Virus record (IMG/VR): IMGVR_UViG_3300028146_000009
Location: 25,850-89,849 of that record
Origin: a virus
Taxonomy: Duplodnaviria; Heunggongvirae; Uroviricota; Caudoviricetes
Length of the DNA stretch: 64,000 nucleotides
Strand: one strand, 5' to 3'
Shown here: in pieces, positions 9,413-20,561 of the stretch
How positions within the stretch are numbered: the first letter of the stretch is position 1
How the letters are laid out: the number at the start of each line of letters is the position of its first letter
Program-made: the position numbers and the translations under genes
The notes under the pieces: model-generated
Told to the model about the DNA's origin: nothing
Databases searched by the model: none
The model's input: the letters and a program-made list of their open reading frames with translations, nothing else

Positions 9413-10587
9413 GAATCTTGTCCATTAATGTGATGTTTCAAATTATTATGAGCTTCAATAATTTTTAAAATATGTTTTCCCATTTTAGATTCAGCTAAAG
9501 TACGTGGAAGAACAATCTCGCCCGGACTTAAAACCGCTTTTACGATATCATTTGCTGGAGAATCTCCATCTACTGGAGCATGACCGGGAACATGACCACC
9601 GGCTTTAAAATCTAATCGACCGCCGTCATACATACCAGTAGCCGCACCAAAAGCGCTGCCAGCTAATCCTCCGATACCTGCGCCTAAATTAGTGGCAGCT
9701 TGAGATTGGTTTTGAGCAGTTTGCTGATTTATTCCACCTAAATTACTATATCCACCAGCTTTGATCCGATCAACCCCAACATTTGCTCCATATTGAGCCA
9801 TTGCATTTTGTTTATTTTGTTGTTGAGCTTGATTATTTGCGCTAACATTTTGATTGCTAGCATTTTGAGCATTAGCTAAATTTGCAGCTTGTGCTTGATT
9901 TTGAGCATTAACATTTTGAGATTGAACACCCAATTGATTTTGAATATTAAATCTTTGCATTGCCTGATTAGCTTGTTGTTGCTGAAAAGCTTGTCCAAAT
10001 TGCTGTTGCTGAAGACCTGAAGCCATTTGACCTAAATTTCCAATAGCTTGTTGCTGAGCTTGTTGAGCCATTTGCGCCTGTTGATCAGCATTTGTTGACA
10101 TTTGATTGGATTCATTTTGAGCGGCAGCTAATTTTTGAGCCAAAGCAGAACCAGAATCACTTAATCCTTGTTGCTGCATTTGTTGCTGAATTGAAGCTAA
10201 ACGGGCTTTAGTTTGATTTTGAGCCCCAAGTTGAGCTTGATTTAATTGCGCGCGGTCAGCTTGAGTAAATCCAGTGTTAGCTCTTTGTTGCATTTGTTGC
10301 AAAGCTTGATTCTGAGCTTGTTGATAAGCAGGACTAGTAGTAATAGCTGCTGGAAGTTGAGCAGTAATATTTGACTGCATTGCTGGAGTAAGAATTCCAG
10401 CTTGTGCATATTTTTGTAAAATTAAAGGAGCTGAAATATCAGGGGCTGCTTGGATTTCTTGAAGAATATTATTGGCCATTACGGCATCATTATGCGCATC
10501 TCCAGCCGCCGCATTTCCAGCGCCTGAAAGTCCTCCAATTATACTACCAATTGCTGAACCAATACCGGAAGCTGATGAATCTGCCAT
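9409..10587 (-). CDS. Q/A/N-rich low-complexity virion protein
   Basis: 392 aa, about 30 percent Q. The C-terminal ~80 aa are not low complexity. Confidence 0.5.
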   Translation of the reverse strand: MADSSASGIGSAIGSIIGGLSGAGNAAAGDAHNDAVMANNILQEIQAAPDISAPLILQKYAQAGILTPAMQSNITAQLPAAITTSPAYQQAQNQALQQMQQRANTGFTQADRAQLNQAQLGAQNQTKARLASIQQQMQQQGLSDSGSALAQKLAAAQNESNQMSTNADQQAQMAQQAQQQAIGNLGQMASGLQQQQFGQAFQQQQANQAMQRFNIQNQLGVQSQNVNAQNQAQAANLANAQNASNQNVSANNQAQQQNKQNAMAQYGANVGVDRIKAGGYSNLGGINQQTAQNQSQAATNLGAGIGGLAGSAFGAATGMYDGGRLDFKAGGHVPGHAPVDGDSPANDIVKAVLSPGEIVLPRTLAESKMGKHILKIIEAHNNLKHHINGQDS

Positions 10588-10600
10588 TTTTTATATACTC

Positions 10601-12235
10601 CTAAGAATTATTCCCGGTCACTCCTGCAATCCCTGGGTATGCAGAAGCTTGGGGTTGAATATTTATTGTTCCTAAATTACCAAATTGATTTTGAGCTTGC
10701 GCCTGAGCTGCTTGCATTGCAGCAGTTTGAGTTGCTAAATTATTTTTAGCCCAATTAATATTACTGTAAATATCTCCACCTGTAGCGGCTCCATTTGTTA
10801 ATGCGGCAACTGCTGCATTTCTAGCGCCTAAATTTCCACCAGTAGGACTATTCCAAATACCTTCAATATTTTCAGCTTGATTATAAGAAGCCGTTGCTGG
10901 AGCTAAAAGTTGATTATAATTAGTACCCGTTGCATTTATTGCATTTTGAAGTCCAGATTGATCACCAATCATAGCTTGAGAGTTTTGAAATTGACTCGCT
11001 TGTCCTGGATTTTGGAAATTCTGAAAAGCAGTTTGTGCATTAGAAGGAGCATATTGCCCGGCTAAAGATTGAAGAGCTTGCATTTGAGCATATTGTTGAG
11101 CATTTGCTGTATTTGAAACATTTGCAGCTAATGGATTTTCTTTTAAAAATTGCGCGGCAGCAGAAGAACCAGCACCAGCTGCTCCATTACCATTTAAAAC
11201 GTCATAAACATTTTCACCTTGAGTAAGTCCTAATAAATTTGCTTCGTCCTGGGTGACATTTCCAGACTGTAAATCTTTTAAGGCATTTTGATATTGAGTA
11301 TTTCTTTGATTTTGAAGATTTGTTGCATTTTGTTGTAAAGTATTATTTTCATTTGTAACTGTAGAACCTAATTGATTCTGTAAAGCTGTGCCAAATTGTT
11401 GAGCCTGATTTGTTTGTTGTTGACCTTGGGCCGCAGCCCCCTGAACGGCACTGCCAACTTGTCCTTGTAAAGTTAAAGCATTTCTTTTTGCGGCTTGAAG
11501 ACTGGGATCATTTGATTGTCCTAAAAGTAAAGAGTCAAGTCCAGCTTGACCTTGGGAATATTGCGGATTTGCAATCAATTGTCTAAGAAGTCCTTGTTGA
11601 CCGCCAGCAGTCTGAAGTGCTTGTCCCATTTGTGCAACATTTGCTGCTTGATTTTGAAGTCCTGAAGCATTTGCTAATGCTGTAGGACCTTGATATTGGC
11701 CGCTTAAAAGACTTTGAAATTGCTGTCCTGCTTGAACATTTTGTGGATTATTTGTAACTCCGGCAATATTTGCATATTGAGTGGGATCATTTAAAACATT
11801 TTGAGCTAATTGCTGATTAACTTGAGTATTTGCCTGATTGGCCTGAGTTCCTTGTTGGAATTGATTCTGAGCATTTTTTAAATTAGATTGTGCTGAAGAT
11901 TCAACATTTTGAATATTATTACCAATTGCAGAACCTAATTGATTCCCCTTATTGGCATTAACAATCGATTGAATATTAGTAAATCCAGAACCTTGTTGCT
12001 TATTAGGATTATAACCACCAGCGCCTTGTGACTGATTTCCGCCGCCTTGGCCAGCATTTTGACCCGTAGAATTTCCGGTGGCACCTGATTGAGATTGAGT
12101 GGGAGCTTGTCCGGCCTGATTAGCATTTGTAGTTCCGGAAGTCTGAGAACCCGCCTGATTGACGCTATTTGGCCCATTACCATTTTGGTTATTTTGATCA
12201 TTTCCAAGATCGTCGGGAGTTATAACGCTAGCCAT
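10601..12235 (-). CDS. Q/N/G-rich low-complexity virion protein
   Basis: 544 aa. TTTAACAACT motif 29 nt upstream of the ATG. Confidence 0.5.
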   Translation of the reverse strand: MASVITPDDLGNDQNNQNGNGPNSVNQAGSQTSGTTNANQAGQAPTQSQSGATGNSTGQNAGQGGGNQSQGAGGYNPNKQQGSGFTNIQSIVNANKGNQLGSAIGNNIQNVESSAQSNLKNAQNQFQQGTQANQANTQVNQQLAQNVLNDPTQYANIAGVTNNPQNVQAGQQFQSLLSGQYQGPTALANASGLQNQAANVAQMGQALQTAGGQQGLLRQLIANPQYSQGQAGLDSLLLGQSNDPSLQAAKRNALTLQGQVGSAVQGAAAQGQQQTNQAQQFGTALQNQLGSTVTNENNTLQQNATNLQNQRNTQYQNALKDLQSGNVTQDEANLLGLTQGENVYDVLNGNGAAGAGSSAAAQFLKENPLAANVSNTANAQQYAQMQALQSLAGQYAPSNAQTAFQNFQNPGQASQFQNSQAMIGDQSGLQNAINATGTNYNQLLAPATASYNQAENIEGIWNSPTGGNLGARNAAVAALTNGAATGGDIYSNINWAKNNLATQTAAMQAAQAQAQNQFGNLGTINIQPQASAYPGIAGVTGNNS

Positions 12236-12286
12236 CTAAAATCCTATGAAAACCTTACTAATTAGTTGTTAAAATCACTACTTAAG

Positions 12287-12703
12287 CTAATTTTGCTGGA
12301 ATGCTATTATTCGCAAAGAATATTGCTGCCCGGCTTGCAAACCAGTAACTGATTGAATATTAAAGATATTATTAGCTTGAACTCCTGAGACCATAACTCC
12401 ACCACTGGGATAAGTTGCTGAATTTGTTCGATTTGTGGCCCGGCCAACTATTACAAAATCAACATTAGTTGTGGTATTTAATTTAAAAGCAGTGGCCTGA
12501 ACTGGTTTTCCGGTAGAATCTACAGTCACTAAAACATCAGAAACTGTAGCTAAAAAATTATCCCGAATTGTAAGATTATTATTTAAAGCATTATAAAGAA
12601 CACTAACTCCATTATTTAAAGATAAAGAAAGTTGTGCTACTAAACTTTGGAACTGTTTAGTATAATCTGTTGAAATTATTTGTTTCCAAGAAGGCAAGCG
12701 CAT
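12287..12703 (-). CDS. structural protein (hypothetical)
   Basis: 138 aa, directly downstream of and coupled to the giant fibre gene. Confidence 0.4.
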   Translation of the reverse strand: MRLPSWKQIISTDYTKQFQSLVAQLSLSLNNGVSVLYNALNNNLTIRDNFLATVSDVLVTVDSTGKPVQATAFKLNTTTNVDFVIVGRATNRTNSATYPSGGVMVSGVQANNIFNIQSVTGLQAGQQYSLRIIAFQQN

Positions 12704-15700
12704 TATCTATAGACCCTTGAACTTTGTGTATTTTCGCCAACCACTACAACGCCTTGAAGTGACCATTTTTCACGCGCAACTTGAGAACCAAACTGTATGT
12801 TAAGAAATCTGCAGCGCTGAGCATTTCTAGGAACATAGGTTCTAAAAGGTGCTGAGTTTCCAGCTCCGCCAAAAAATCCGTAGCCAAATCCTGGGATATT
12901 AAATTGTCCATTAACTGGCGCAGGAAATCCCGTGTAACCAAAAATTCCATTCCCCGTTCCAAAAACAGGCACAGCAGTAAACGCCGGTAATAAATCACTA
13001 GCAAAACTAAGAACAGCTGAAGTAAAATCTTTTTGTTCAAAAAATAGCAAAGATTCTCTAAAATGTTTAAAACTAAGTGCATCTCCCATATCTTGCGGGG
13101 TGTACTGAATAAGTGTAGGAATCGCTTTAAAGATCGTAATAGGCCCTTGGATGAATGGTAAAGTGAGATTTAAGGTAATTGTCTTAGTTGCAAGGTTTAC
13201 ATTCGTTATAATGGCTTCCTGAAGCGTATTATAGGTAATTAATTGGTATCTCTTAAAAGCGGTACCTGGATCTTGATTTAAAGTATTTACAACTCCATTA
13301 AAACTAGCCTCAACATCTAAGAAATCTTCATTATTAACAATATAAACAATATTAGGAATCCATTCACCTTGAGTTCCAGCAACTGTCACATGAACGGGAA
13401 CTGTAAAGGTATTAGGGGTTAAAACTGTTACGGTTTTTAATCCATCAATAGACGGTGTAGAATTTGATCCGCTGATTAAAATTTGCTGCCCAGAAATTAA
13501 TCCATGACCCGGGGAAGTAATAACAGTAGGATTTGCTGCGGAAATTGCAGTAATTGCCATCATTCCATTTACTGAAACATTTACTGGAATTGAAAAAGTT
13601 GTCGAACTTATGACAGTAACCTGATAAACACCATCAATTGAAGGCGTGGAATTTGATCCAGTAATTGTAATACTTCGGCCAGTGGTAAGTCCATGGGGAA
13701 CTGAGGTCGTTAAAACTGTAGGACTTGTGGGGGTAACATTTACTATTTCAAAAGTTCCATTAATCGCTTCATATTGAGTATAATCAGATCCAGGAAAAGC
13801 ACCAGGCTGAGAAAGTCTACCGGGATCAGTTGCAATTTTTGCAATTAAAGCATCTAGTTTAAGCCGCGCATCATCACCTTCAACCATTGTTAAAATTGAG
13901 GAATAACTATGGGTGGCCCCTAAAGATCCAGCAGTTGTAACTCTAACGGGTATTGAAAAGGTATTAGCACTTAAAACTGTTACAACTTGAAGTCCATCGA
14001 TAGAAGGTACTGAATTAGAACCCGTAATATCAATAATTTCACCAGTTGTAAATCCATGATTAATATTAGTAGTTATAATCGTAGGATTTGCTGCTGAAAT
14101 ATTTGTAATTTTAAGACTTAAAGCTGTATCTGAATCTAAAACTGATAATAATGAATTATAATTAAAAACAGTTAAAGTTTGATCCTGAGTAATTACATCT
14201 CCAACTGCAGCTTCTGTAATATTTTGAAGAATTATTTTATTTCCAATTAAATTAGTGGGAGTAATTTCTTGAATAAATTCACGATCTGCATAATCCGTTC
14301 GATCAAAATTTTTACGTTCTTGTTCTAAAAAATTTGTGTCCCCAGCGCCTAAATATTGTCTATCATCGGCAGCATTAATTACGCCGCAATTATCAGTTTT
14401 TGCAAAAGTTGTCCAAGTATTTGTTAAAGTAGAATACCTATAAGCAACTGTTGCATATACATCATCAAAAGCAGAAACCGTATAAGTAGTGTAAGAATTA
14501 TCTGATTCATAACCTATGCCCCAAGTGGCGGATAAAAAGTTTGTGTATTGTGGAGTTGCTTTGGGAAGAATGTCAACGTCAATTGGTCGCGAAATAATAT
14601 TTACGCCAGATTCAGAAGTTGAAGTAATTCCTTGAGTGGTCCATCCATAAATTAAATTATTAGAAACATCCAAAGAATCGGGCGCTAAAAGAATGCAACT
14701 TAAATCAAAAAGTGCTAAATTAAAAGGTGCAACTTCTCCAGAAATTCTATAAAGCCCGTCAGATTTATAAACAAATAAACTGTCGCGCAATGGAAAAATA
14801 CGAAGAATCGGCTGATCTTGAGCGCCAACATCAATAAAATTCACTAATGGAACTGCTTCAGGCTGGAGAATTTTTGAATAATAGATTCTATTAGGTTTTG
14901 ATAAATTTGTAGCGGTTAAAGTGTCAACTAAAGTGCTTAAAGCTCCAGTAGTCCCAGCAATGGTAACATTTACCGGAATAGAAAATGTAGTAGGACTAAT
15001 GTAAGTAATATTGTATAAACCGTTAATAGACGGTGTAGAATTGGAGCCACTGATTACCACCTGTTCATTATTAGATAAATCATGGGGAGTGCTGGTAGTC
15101 ACAACTGTTGGATTTGTAGCTGTATTTCCACTTATAAAAATCTGAGGACTAATATTTGGATTAAAACTAGCACCAACTGCATCACTACTTCCTAAAATAG
15201 AAAATGCTGGATCACCAATAGCTCGACCTTGAAGTTCAATTTGTCCGGGAACTGATTGAACATCGGATAAATTAAAAGCACTGACAATTCCATTTGGTTG
15301 AGAATTAATAACATTTATCAGACTCTGGGCCGTTTCATTTACAGCAACGGCGGGGCTAATAGAATTTGATAATAAAACTTGTTGCTGAGAAGCATTTTGT
15401 CCCGCACCTTGTTGGGTAACTAAAATTGAAAATCCTGAAGTGCCAGCAGTTGCATCAGTTGTAACGCCTTCACCAACTGTAGTGACTGTAATAACATTTG
15501 TTGAAACTGTAGAAGTAAAATCTAAAATTAAAGAATCAATTACATTGTTTGTTTTTTGAGCAACAGTATTAGCAGAATCACCTATATTAATATTTATAGC
15601 AATGCCAGTTTTTCCGGAAACCATTGGATCAGTTCCAGAACCACTAACTATATACCAAAAATAATATTGATTTAAATCATCGGCGGAATTTAAAGTAAAA

Positions 15701-18102
15701 TATTTACCCGCTAATGACCCTGCAACATCTGCAACCGTTGTAATTTGAGTAATTTCTGGTTTTCCAACAACAAAGAAAAAAGTTTCGGTGGTAATTCCAT
15801 TAGTAATGGTTATACTGGGATGACCACCACCATTAAATTCGGCAATCATTTGCGCAACACCTAATAAATTTAAACTTTGTGTAAAAAGTGTCGCGGTGTT
15901 GGCATAAAATACACAGTTTTTAAAAAGATTAATATCTAAAGCAAAGGGAGGAATATTATTAGCTTGTAAAATTCCTTCACCAGTAGTAGCATTTGTATAA
16001 AGAAATGCCCCGGCAAACTGCGGCGGGGTAATATCTAAAATGGTTATAGTTCCGGCTGCTATTTGAGCATCAGTAGGAAATCCCTCAAAAACTAATTGAA
16101 GTTCATCATTAGGAAAAACATCAGTCGCTAAAATTTGGGTTCCAGTGGCCTGAGCGATTGGTGATCTATAAATTTGATAAAAATCTGATGTTGTAACTCC
16201 AGGGGGTACTGTAAAAGTTACAAAGACATTAGCAGTAGTTGTAAGTTGAATTGGAGAAATAAATCGAGTTTGAGAATTAGAACTAATAATTGGAGGAGTT
16301 CCAGTATCAGGTTCTGATTGCAATTGTGTAATAATTGCTTGTAAATAAACTTGTAATGCAACTAATTCAGCATCCGTTGGGGGTAAATCAGGAACTCCAG
16401 GTTGGGCAATTGTTTCATAATTAAAATCATTAATAGTGGGATTTAAAAAAGTTACAGGACCGGTAGCAGTGGTATTAAAATTAATTCCAGCTTCAAAATG
16501 AAGAGTATCACCGACAACTGTAGCAGTTGCATTATTTGAAATTGTAATATTACCAATACCAATAGCAGTGACATAAGTTAAAGGAGGAATTGCCCCACCT
16601 GTATCGGTTACAATAGAACCAATTTGAATTCCAGAGCTTGAAGCTATTGAAGTTATAATATTGGCATCAACTCCCGGGACTGTAGTCATTACAGTAAATC
16701 CAGTTGTTCCAGCCACCGCATTAGTACTAGCTCCAACTTTTGAATTTGTAATGGTTACGGTATTTGTTCCAGCATTAGATGCAGTAAAATCACCATTAAA
16801 TCCATTCATAGCAGAAGCAATGGCAGTTGCTACTTGAATTGCAGTAGCATTTGTTATAACATTTACTCTGATTCCAGTTCTATTGGGAATCATTGGATCA
16901 GTGCCGGTGTTATCAACATTTATCCAGACATAATAATCTGTGACATTATCAGCATTGCTATTCGTAAAATAAGTACCCGTTAAAGAACCCGAAGTATCAG
17001 CAATAGTTTGAACTGTAGTGACTTGTTGAGCACCAGTTGTAGTATTTCCAGTAGTAGAAAAAGCAGGAACAATGGTAGAAATTGTCTGACCAACTAATAC
17101 ACCAGAAGAATCAGGTACTGTATTTAAAGTTCCGGTAGCAGGAGTAAATCCTAATAAATTTATATGATCGCCCGAAATAAAATAATCTGCTGGATTTCCA
17201 GAAGAAAAACTAATAGTTGCAACTCCATTATTAATACTAATTCCATTTATTTGTAAAGGAGTGGTGGCAGCAGTATCAGCTAATTGAATGTCATGGTCTA
17301 ATTTTTGCACTAAAACAATTAAATTATTCTGTAAATCTGTAGCAGAAGCTGATGCGGGTAAATTTAAAGTCGTGAAATAATTTCCATCATTTATAATGCT
17401 AGGATTTGCTGAATTATTAGAAATATTATCTAATTGAATTAAAAGATTATTAAAATCTAATAATTCTAAATCAATAAGAGGATTATAGATTACAGATCTA
17501 GCACTGGGGGTTCCTAAAATTTCATTTCCATTAGCATCATTAAATCCCCAAACTTGACGATAAGCAACTGCACTATCTTGAGGTAAGAAGTCTGATTCAT
17601 TTCCTAAAGTTAAATCTAATCTTGTTGAAATATCTAGTGCTGGAATTCCCCCGGCGGGTGTAATAAAAGGACAAGCCGTTGTAAAGTCCGCAGCAGTTTT
17701 AGCTGAGATAACTTGAATTCCTTCTTTAGAAGTAAAGAAAAGATTTCCATTAGCTTCAATGTAACGAATTCTTCTTCCTGGAGCCGGTTCTAAAAAAGTT
17801 CCGCAAAATGTATCAAATATTGACTGTTTAAGAGCATTTAAAACTAAAGTATCCCATTGAAGTGAAGAATCAAAATGACGAATAATTCGACCTTTATAGG
17901 TCATCAATTGTTTTGCAACATCAGAACTTGTGCCGAAAGGAGTTCCATAAAGAGGATAACCACGTCGAGATTCGACAGTGGAGTCACGTTTAATAATTAC
18001 ATTACTTGCTTGTAAAAGTGAGCCAGGAGGAGTGACCTGAGGATCAAGAAAGTTAGGTGAGGTGTTTAGACCTATCGCCTTTAAAACTATATTATTTGCC
18101 AT
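12703..18102 (-). CDS. giant (1799 aa) tail fibre/spike-like structural protein with four copies of a ~50-aa ISGSNSTPSIDG module
   Basis: S/T/N/G-rich beta-type composition. Repeats appear as xPHGLxxGxxIxIxGSNSTPSIDGxYxVTVxSxTTFSIPVNV at about 13440, 13620, 13990 and 15030. Confidence 0.6.
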   Translation of the reverse strand: MANNIVLKAIGLNTSPNFLDPQVTPPGSLLQASNVIIKRDSTVESRRGYPLYGTPFGTSSDVAKQLMTYKGRIIRHFDSSLQWDTLVLNALKQSIFDTFCGTFLEPAPGRRIRYIEANGNLFFTSKEGIQVISAKTAADFTTACPFITPAGGIPALDISTRLDLTLGNESDFLPQDSAVAYRQVWGFNDANGNEILGTPSARSVIYNPLIDLELLDFNNLLIQLDNISNNSANPSIINDGNYFTTLNLPASASATDLQNNLIVLVQKLDHDIQLADTAATTPLQINGISINNGVATISFSSGNPADYFISGDHINLLGFTPATGTLNTVPDSSGVLVGQTISTIVPAFSTTGNTTTGAQQVTTVQTIADTSGSLTGTYFTNSNADNVTDYYVWINVDNTGTDPMIPNRTGIRVNVITNATAIQVATAIASAMNGFNGDFTASNAGTNTVTITNSKVGASTNAVAGTTGFTVMTTVPGVDANIITSIASSSGIQIGSIVTDTGGAIPPLTYVTAIGIGNITISNNATATVVGDTLHFEAGINFNTTATGPVTFLNPTINDFNYETIAQPGVPDLPPTDAELVALQVYLQAIITQLQSEPDTGTPPIISSNSQTRFISPIQLTTTANVFVTFTVPPGVTTSDFYQIYRSPIAQATGTQILATDVFPNDELQLVFEGFPTDAQIAAGTITILDITPPQFAGAFLYTNATTGEGILQANNIPPFALDINLFKNCVFYANTATLFTQSLNLLGVAQMIAEFNGGGHPSITITNGITTETFFFVVGKPEITQITTVADVAGSLAGKYFTLNSADDLNQYYFWYIVSGSGTDPMVSGKTGIAININIGDSANTVAQKTNNVIDSLILDFTSTVSTNVITVTTVGEGVTTDATAGTSGFSILVTQQGAGQNASQQQVLLSNSISPAVAVNETAQSLINVINSQPNGIVSAFNLSDVQSVPGQIELQGRAIGDPAFSILGSSDAVGASFNPNISPQIFISGNTATNPTVVTTSTPHDLSNNEQVVISGSNSTPSINGLYNITYISPTTFSIPVNVTIAGTTGALSTLVDTLTATNLSKPNRIYYSKILQPEAVPLVNFIDVGAQDQPILRIFPLRDSLFVYKSDGLYRISGEVAPFNLALFDLSCILLAPDSLDVSNNLIYGWTTQGITSTSESGVNIISRPIDVDILPKATPQYTNFLSATWGIGYESDNSYTTYTVSAFDDVYATVAYRYSTLTNTWTTFAKTDNCGVINAADDRQYLGAGDTNFLEQERKNFDRTDYADREFIQEITPTNLIGNKIILQNITEAAVGDVITQDQTLTVFNYNSLLSVLDSDTALSLKITNISAANPTIITTNINHGFTTGEIIDITGSNSVPSIDGLQVVTVLSANTFSIPVRVTTAGSLGATHSYSSILTMVEGDDARLKLDALIAKIATDPGRLSQPGAFPGSDYTQYEAINGTFEIVNVTPTSPTVLTTSVPHGLTTGRSITITGSNSTPSIDGVYQVTVISSTTFSIPVNVSVNGMMAITAISAANPTVITSPGHGLISGQQILISGSNSTPSIDGLKTVTVLTPNTFTVPVHVTVAGTQGEWIPNIVYIVNNEDFLDVEASFNGVVNTLNQDPGTAFKRYQLITYNTLQEAIITNVNLATKTITLNLTLPFIQGPITIFKAIPTLIQYTPQDMGDALSFKHFRESLLFFEQKDFTSAVLSFASDLLPAFTAVPVFGTGNGIFGYTGFPAPVNGQFNIPGFGYGFFGGAGNSAPFRTYVPRNAQRCRFLNIQFGSQVAREKWSLQGVVVVGENTQSSRVYR

Positions 18103-18127
18103 AAGTCATAACCTATTGAAATCATTA

Positions 18128-19741
18128 TTATAAACGGCGGAAGCGTCCAAGTTGACCCTGATGTAGTAAAGAATGGCGACCTGAAACTTTTTGAACATTA
18201 CCATCGTCGCGAGTGCTCATTAAATTTCCCTGACGTTGTTCAATTTCAGCAATCTTTTGATTAGAAGCTTGAAGTCCAGCTTGATCCCCCAGAGCCGCTA
18301 AGATTCGGGCCGAAGTCCGCTCAGCGAGTCCATTATGCAAATCTGGGGGAATTTGGGGAATAATGCATTCATTTGCTAAACAAATATAATCACCGGGAAT
18401 TAAAGGTGAAAGCATATATTGAATTCCAACATTAGGAATCGTATTGACAGTTCCTGAAGGAATTAATAGTGAACTTTGGGGAATTGTAATAGTAGTTCCG
18501 CTAATTCCATTTGGAGGAATGATCACATCATATTTATAAGTTCTATGGCCCGGATTTGTTTGTAGAAAATCAATCATTGCACCTGGGGTAAATAACGAAG
18601 AAGTTTCATTAGTTTCCTGGTCAGTATAAGTCGTGGGTAAAGATTGAAAATTAATACCAATTGTTGCATTTGTAACTTGATTTACTGTAGAATAAGTCGA
18701 AGGGATTATAAATCCAGTAGTATTTGGGCACCCTAAAATTGTATAAATATTAGGAAATGAAACAGTCACAACATTTGAAAGTGCAATGGCAGTATCTGGC
18801 AATCCTAATGAATTAATTGAAGTCGCTAAATTTGCAGCCGTTAAAGTTCCAGTGGCCGCGATTTGAAACTGATTTAAACAAGTAAAAGTTCCAGTGGTTC
18901 CAGAAGTTGCAATTTCAACGGGAATTGTGAAAGTTGTAGGACTTAAAACTGTAACAATTTGATTTCCATCAATACTGGGATTGCAATCAGATCCAGAAAT
19001 TACTACTGTTTGGAAATCTGATAATTGATGTGGTGCAGAAGTTGTAACTAAAGTTGAGGTTGTGCTATTAAAAGCAATAGCACTAATTGTTCCACCTAAA
19101 GTATCCACTGCAGTAAAAGGAATATTTACAACTCCAGGACCAGCCGCATTTGCATCAACTCCCAAAGTCACAATATCTAAAGGATTAATTAAAGAATTAT
19201 TAAGTGTAATTGTTTGAAAGAAATTATTAATTACAGCGGCGCGATCATTTTTTACCAATTGATTCGGGCGCAAATAATAAACTAAAATTAAATTACCGGT
19301 AGGGTTAGAAATTAATCCTGGGGTAAGAACTATTGAATTTCCTTCAATGAAAAATTTATGAATTGCCTGATTTGTTCCAATATTTCTTTGATAAAATGCC
19401 CGGTCTTCTTCCGCCACTTGAGTCATTTCAAACATATTACCAGAAGTATCTTGCCAAAAAACTGAACGTAATTTTTGACCAATCGCGCGGGAAGGAATTG
19501 AATAATTGCTGACATTTGTTAAAAGAGGAATTGTATTATAACTTACAAAATATTCGGAATGGAATTGGATCACCGAAGGGACTTGAGAAATGAACATCTC
19601 TTCGTTTGCGAAAGAAAGCACGTCCAAAGCAGTGAATGTGTTTTGTGATAAAGGAAATGAAATCTTCCGCTGAACGGAATTAATTATATCCTGGGATGTA
19701 TAAAAGGGATTAGTGGTAGGGGGAGTAAACGTAAAAGCCAT
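18128..19741 (-). CDS. structural protein (537 aa) carrying one ISGSDCNPSIDG module
   Basis: APHQLSDFQTVVISGSDCNPSIDGNQIVTVLSPTTFTIPV at about 18969-19013. RBS AAGGAT. Confidence 0.55.
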   Translation of the reverse strand: MAFTFTPPTTNPFYTSQDIINSVQRKISFPLSQNTFTALDVLSFANEEMFISQVPSVIQFHSEYFVSYNTIPLLTNVSNYSIPSRAIGQKLRSVFWQDTSGNMFEMTQVAEEDRAFYQRNIGTNQAIHKFFIEGNSIVLTPGLISNPTGNLILVYYLRPNQLVKNDRAAVINNFFQTITLNNSLINPLDIVTLGVDANAAGPGVVNIPFTAVDTLGGTISAIAFNSTTSTLVTTSAPHQLSDFQTVVISGSDCNPSIDGNQIVTVLSPTTFTIPVEIATSGTTGTFTCLNQFQIAATGTLTAANLATSINSLGLPDTAIALSNVVTVSFPNIYTILGCPNTTGFIIPSTYSTVNQVTNATIGINFQSLPTTYTDQETNETSSLFTPGAMIDFLQTNPGHRTYKYDVIIPPNGISGTTITIPQSSLLIPSGTVNTIPNVGIQYMLSPLIPGDYICLANECIIPQIPPDLHNGLAERTSARILAALGDQAGLQASNQKIAEIEQRQGNLMSTRDDGNVQKVSGRHSLLHQGQLGRFRRL

Positions 19742-19787
19742 TTATTTTATCCTTAAATTCTTAAATTAAACGGAGGACAAAATTAGC

Positions 19788-20549
19788 TTATTGCTTCTCC
19801 ATTTGTTTTTTCATGCGAAGTAAATGCTGAAGATGTTCTTCAACTTCTTGAATACTCATTCCTTTATACATCGGAGGAGCATCATCGCCCATATCGCCTT
19901 CAGTTTCTTCTCTTTCTTCATCAGCAGATTCAGCAGCTTCTTCTAGAGGAGATTCAACTTTTCCACCGGAAGCATAACCATGTTCAGATTCATCAGAATC
20001 TTCATGTTCTTTTCCGTAATCTTCACCTTCACCGGAATAAGTCACATCAGAAGCATCAGCTTCATTGGGGCCAATTTCGCCGCCTTTAAAATAACCAGGG
20101 CCCATTTTAGCATCAGAAGATCCATCATATTCAACATGTTCAGGTTCATCAGGATCTTGGGGACTTTGTTTATCAGTCATGGGCATTCCAGTGGAATATG
20201 CTTCATTAGGATTTGGAGCCATGAAACCATCATCATGAGGAGTTCCCTCATAAGTAGCATGTTCAGTTTCATTAGGATCGGTATTCATTGAAATACCGCC
20301 TTCTGACATCATTTGATCATCATCAGATTGACCAGCAATTTGTTTAGCTTTATCAAGTCCAGCAGAAAGTCCTTCAGGGGAATTGGACATTACTGAAACT
20401 TTTTTCATTCCAGCGGGGCTAGAAGCCATTTTATCTGACATTGCATCAGAAAGAGAATCCTTCAAATCTTTAAGAACACCCATTTTGGCGTGTTTTTCAG
20501 AAGGTTTCATGTCCCGCTTTTTAGCTAGCATTTCATGGAATTTATTCAT
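19788..20549 (-). CDS. highly acidic D/E-rich protein (scaffold-like or DNA-mimic-like composition)
   Basis: 253 aa with runs of DE (EDSDESEH, ADEEREETEGDMGDD). Confidence 0.45.
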   Translation of the reverse strand: MNKFHEMLAKKRDMKPSEKHAKMGVLKDLKDSLSDAMSDKMASSPAGMKKVSVMSNSPEGLSAGLDKAKQIAGQSDDDQMMSEGGISMNTDPNETEHATYEGTPHDDGFMAPNPNEAYSTGMPMTDKQSPQDPDEPEHVEYDGSSDAKMGPGYFKGGEIGPNEADASDVTYSGEGEDYGKEHEDSDESEHGYASGGKVESPLEEAAESADEEREETEGDMGDDAPPMYKGMSIQEVEEHLQHLLRMKKQMEKQ

Positions 20550-20561
20550 TTTAATAATTCC

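Noticed and set aside
8606-13082. Antisense or alternate-frame ORFs 8606..8794, 8736..9080, 9112..9303, 10404..10604, 10472..10675, 11935..12207 and 12744..13082.
   Set aside because: They are embedded in long Q/N/A-rich genes on the opposite strand. They have no RBS and read as compositional artefacts.
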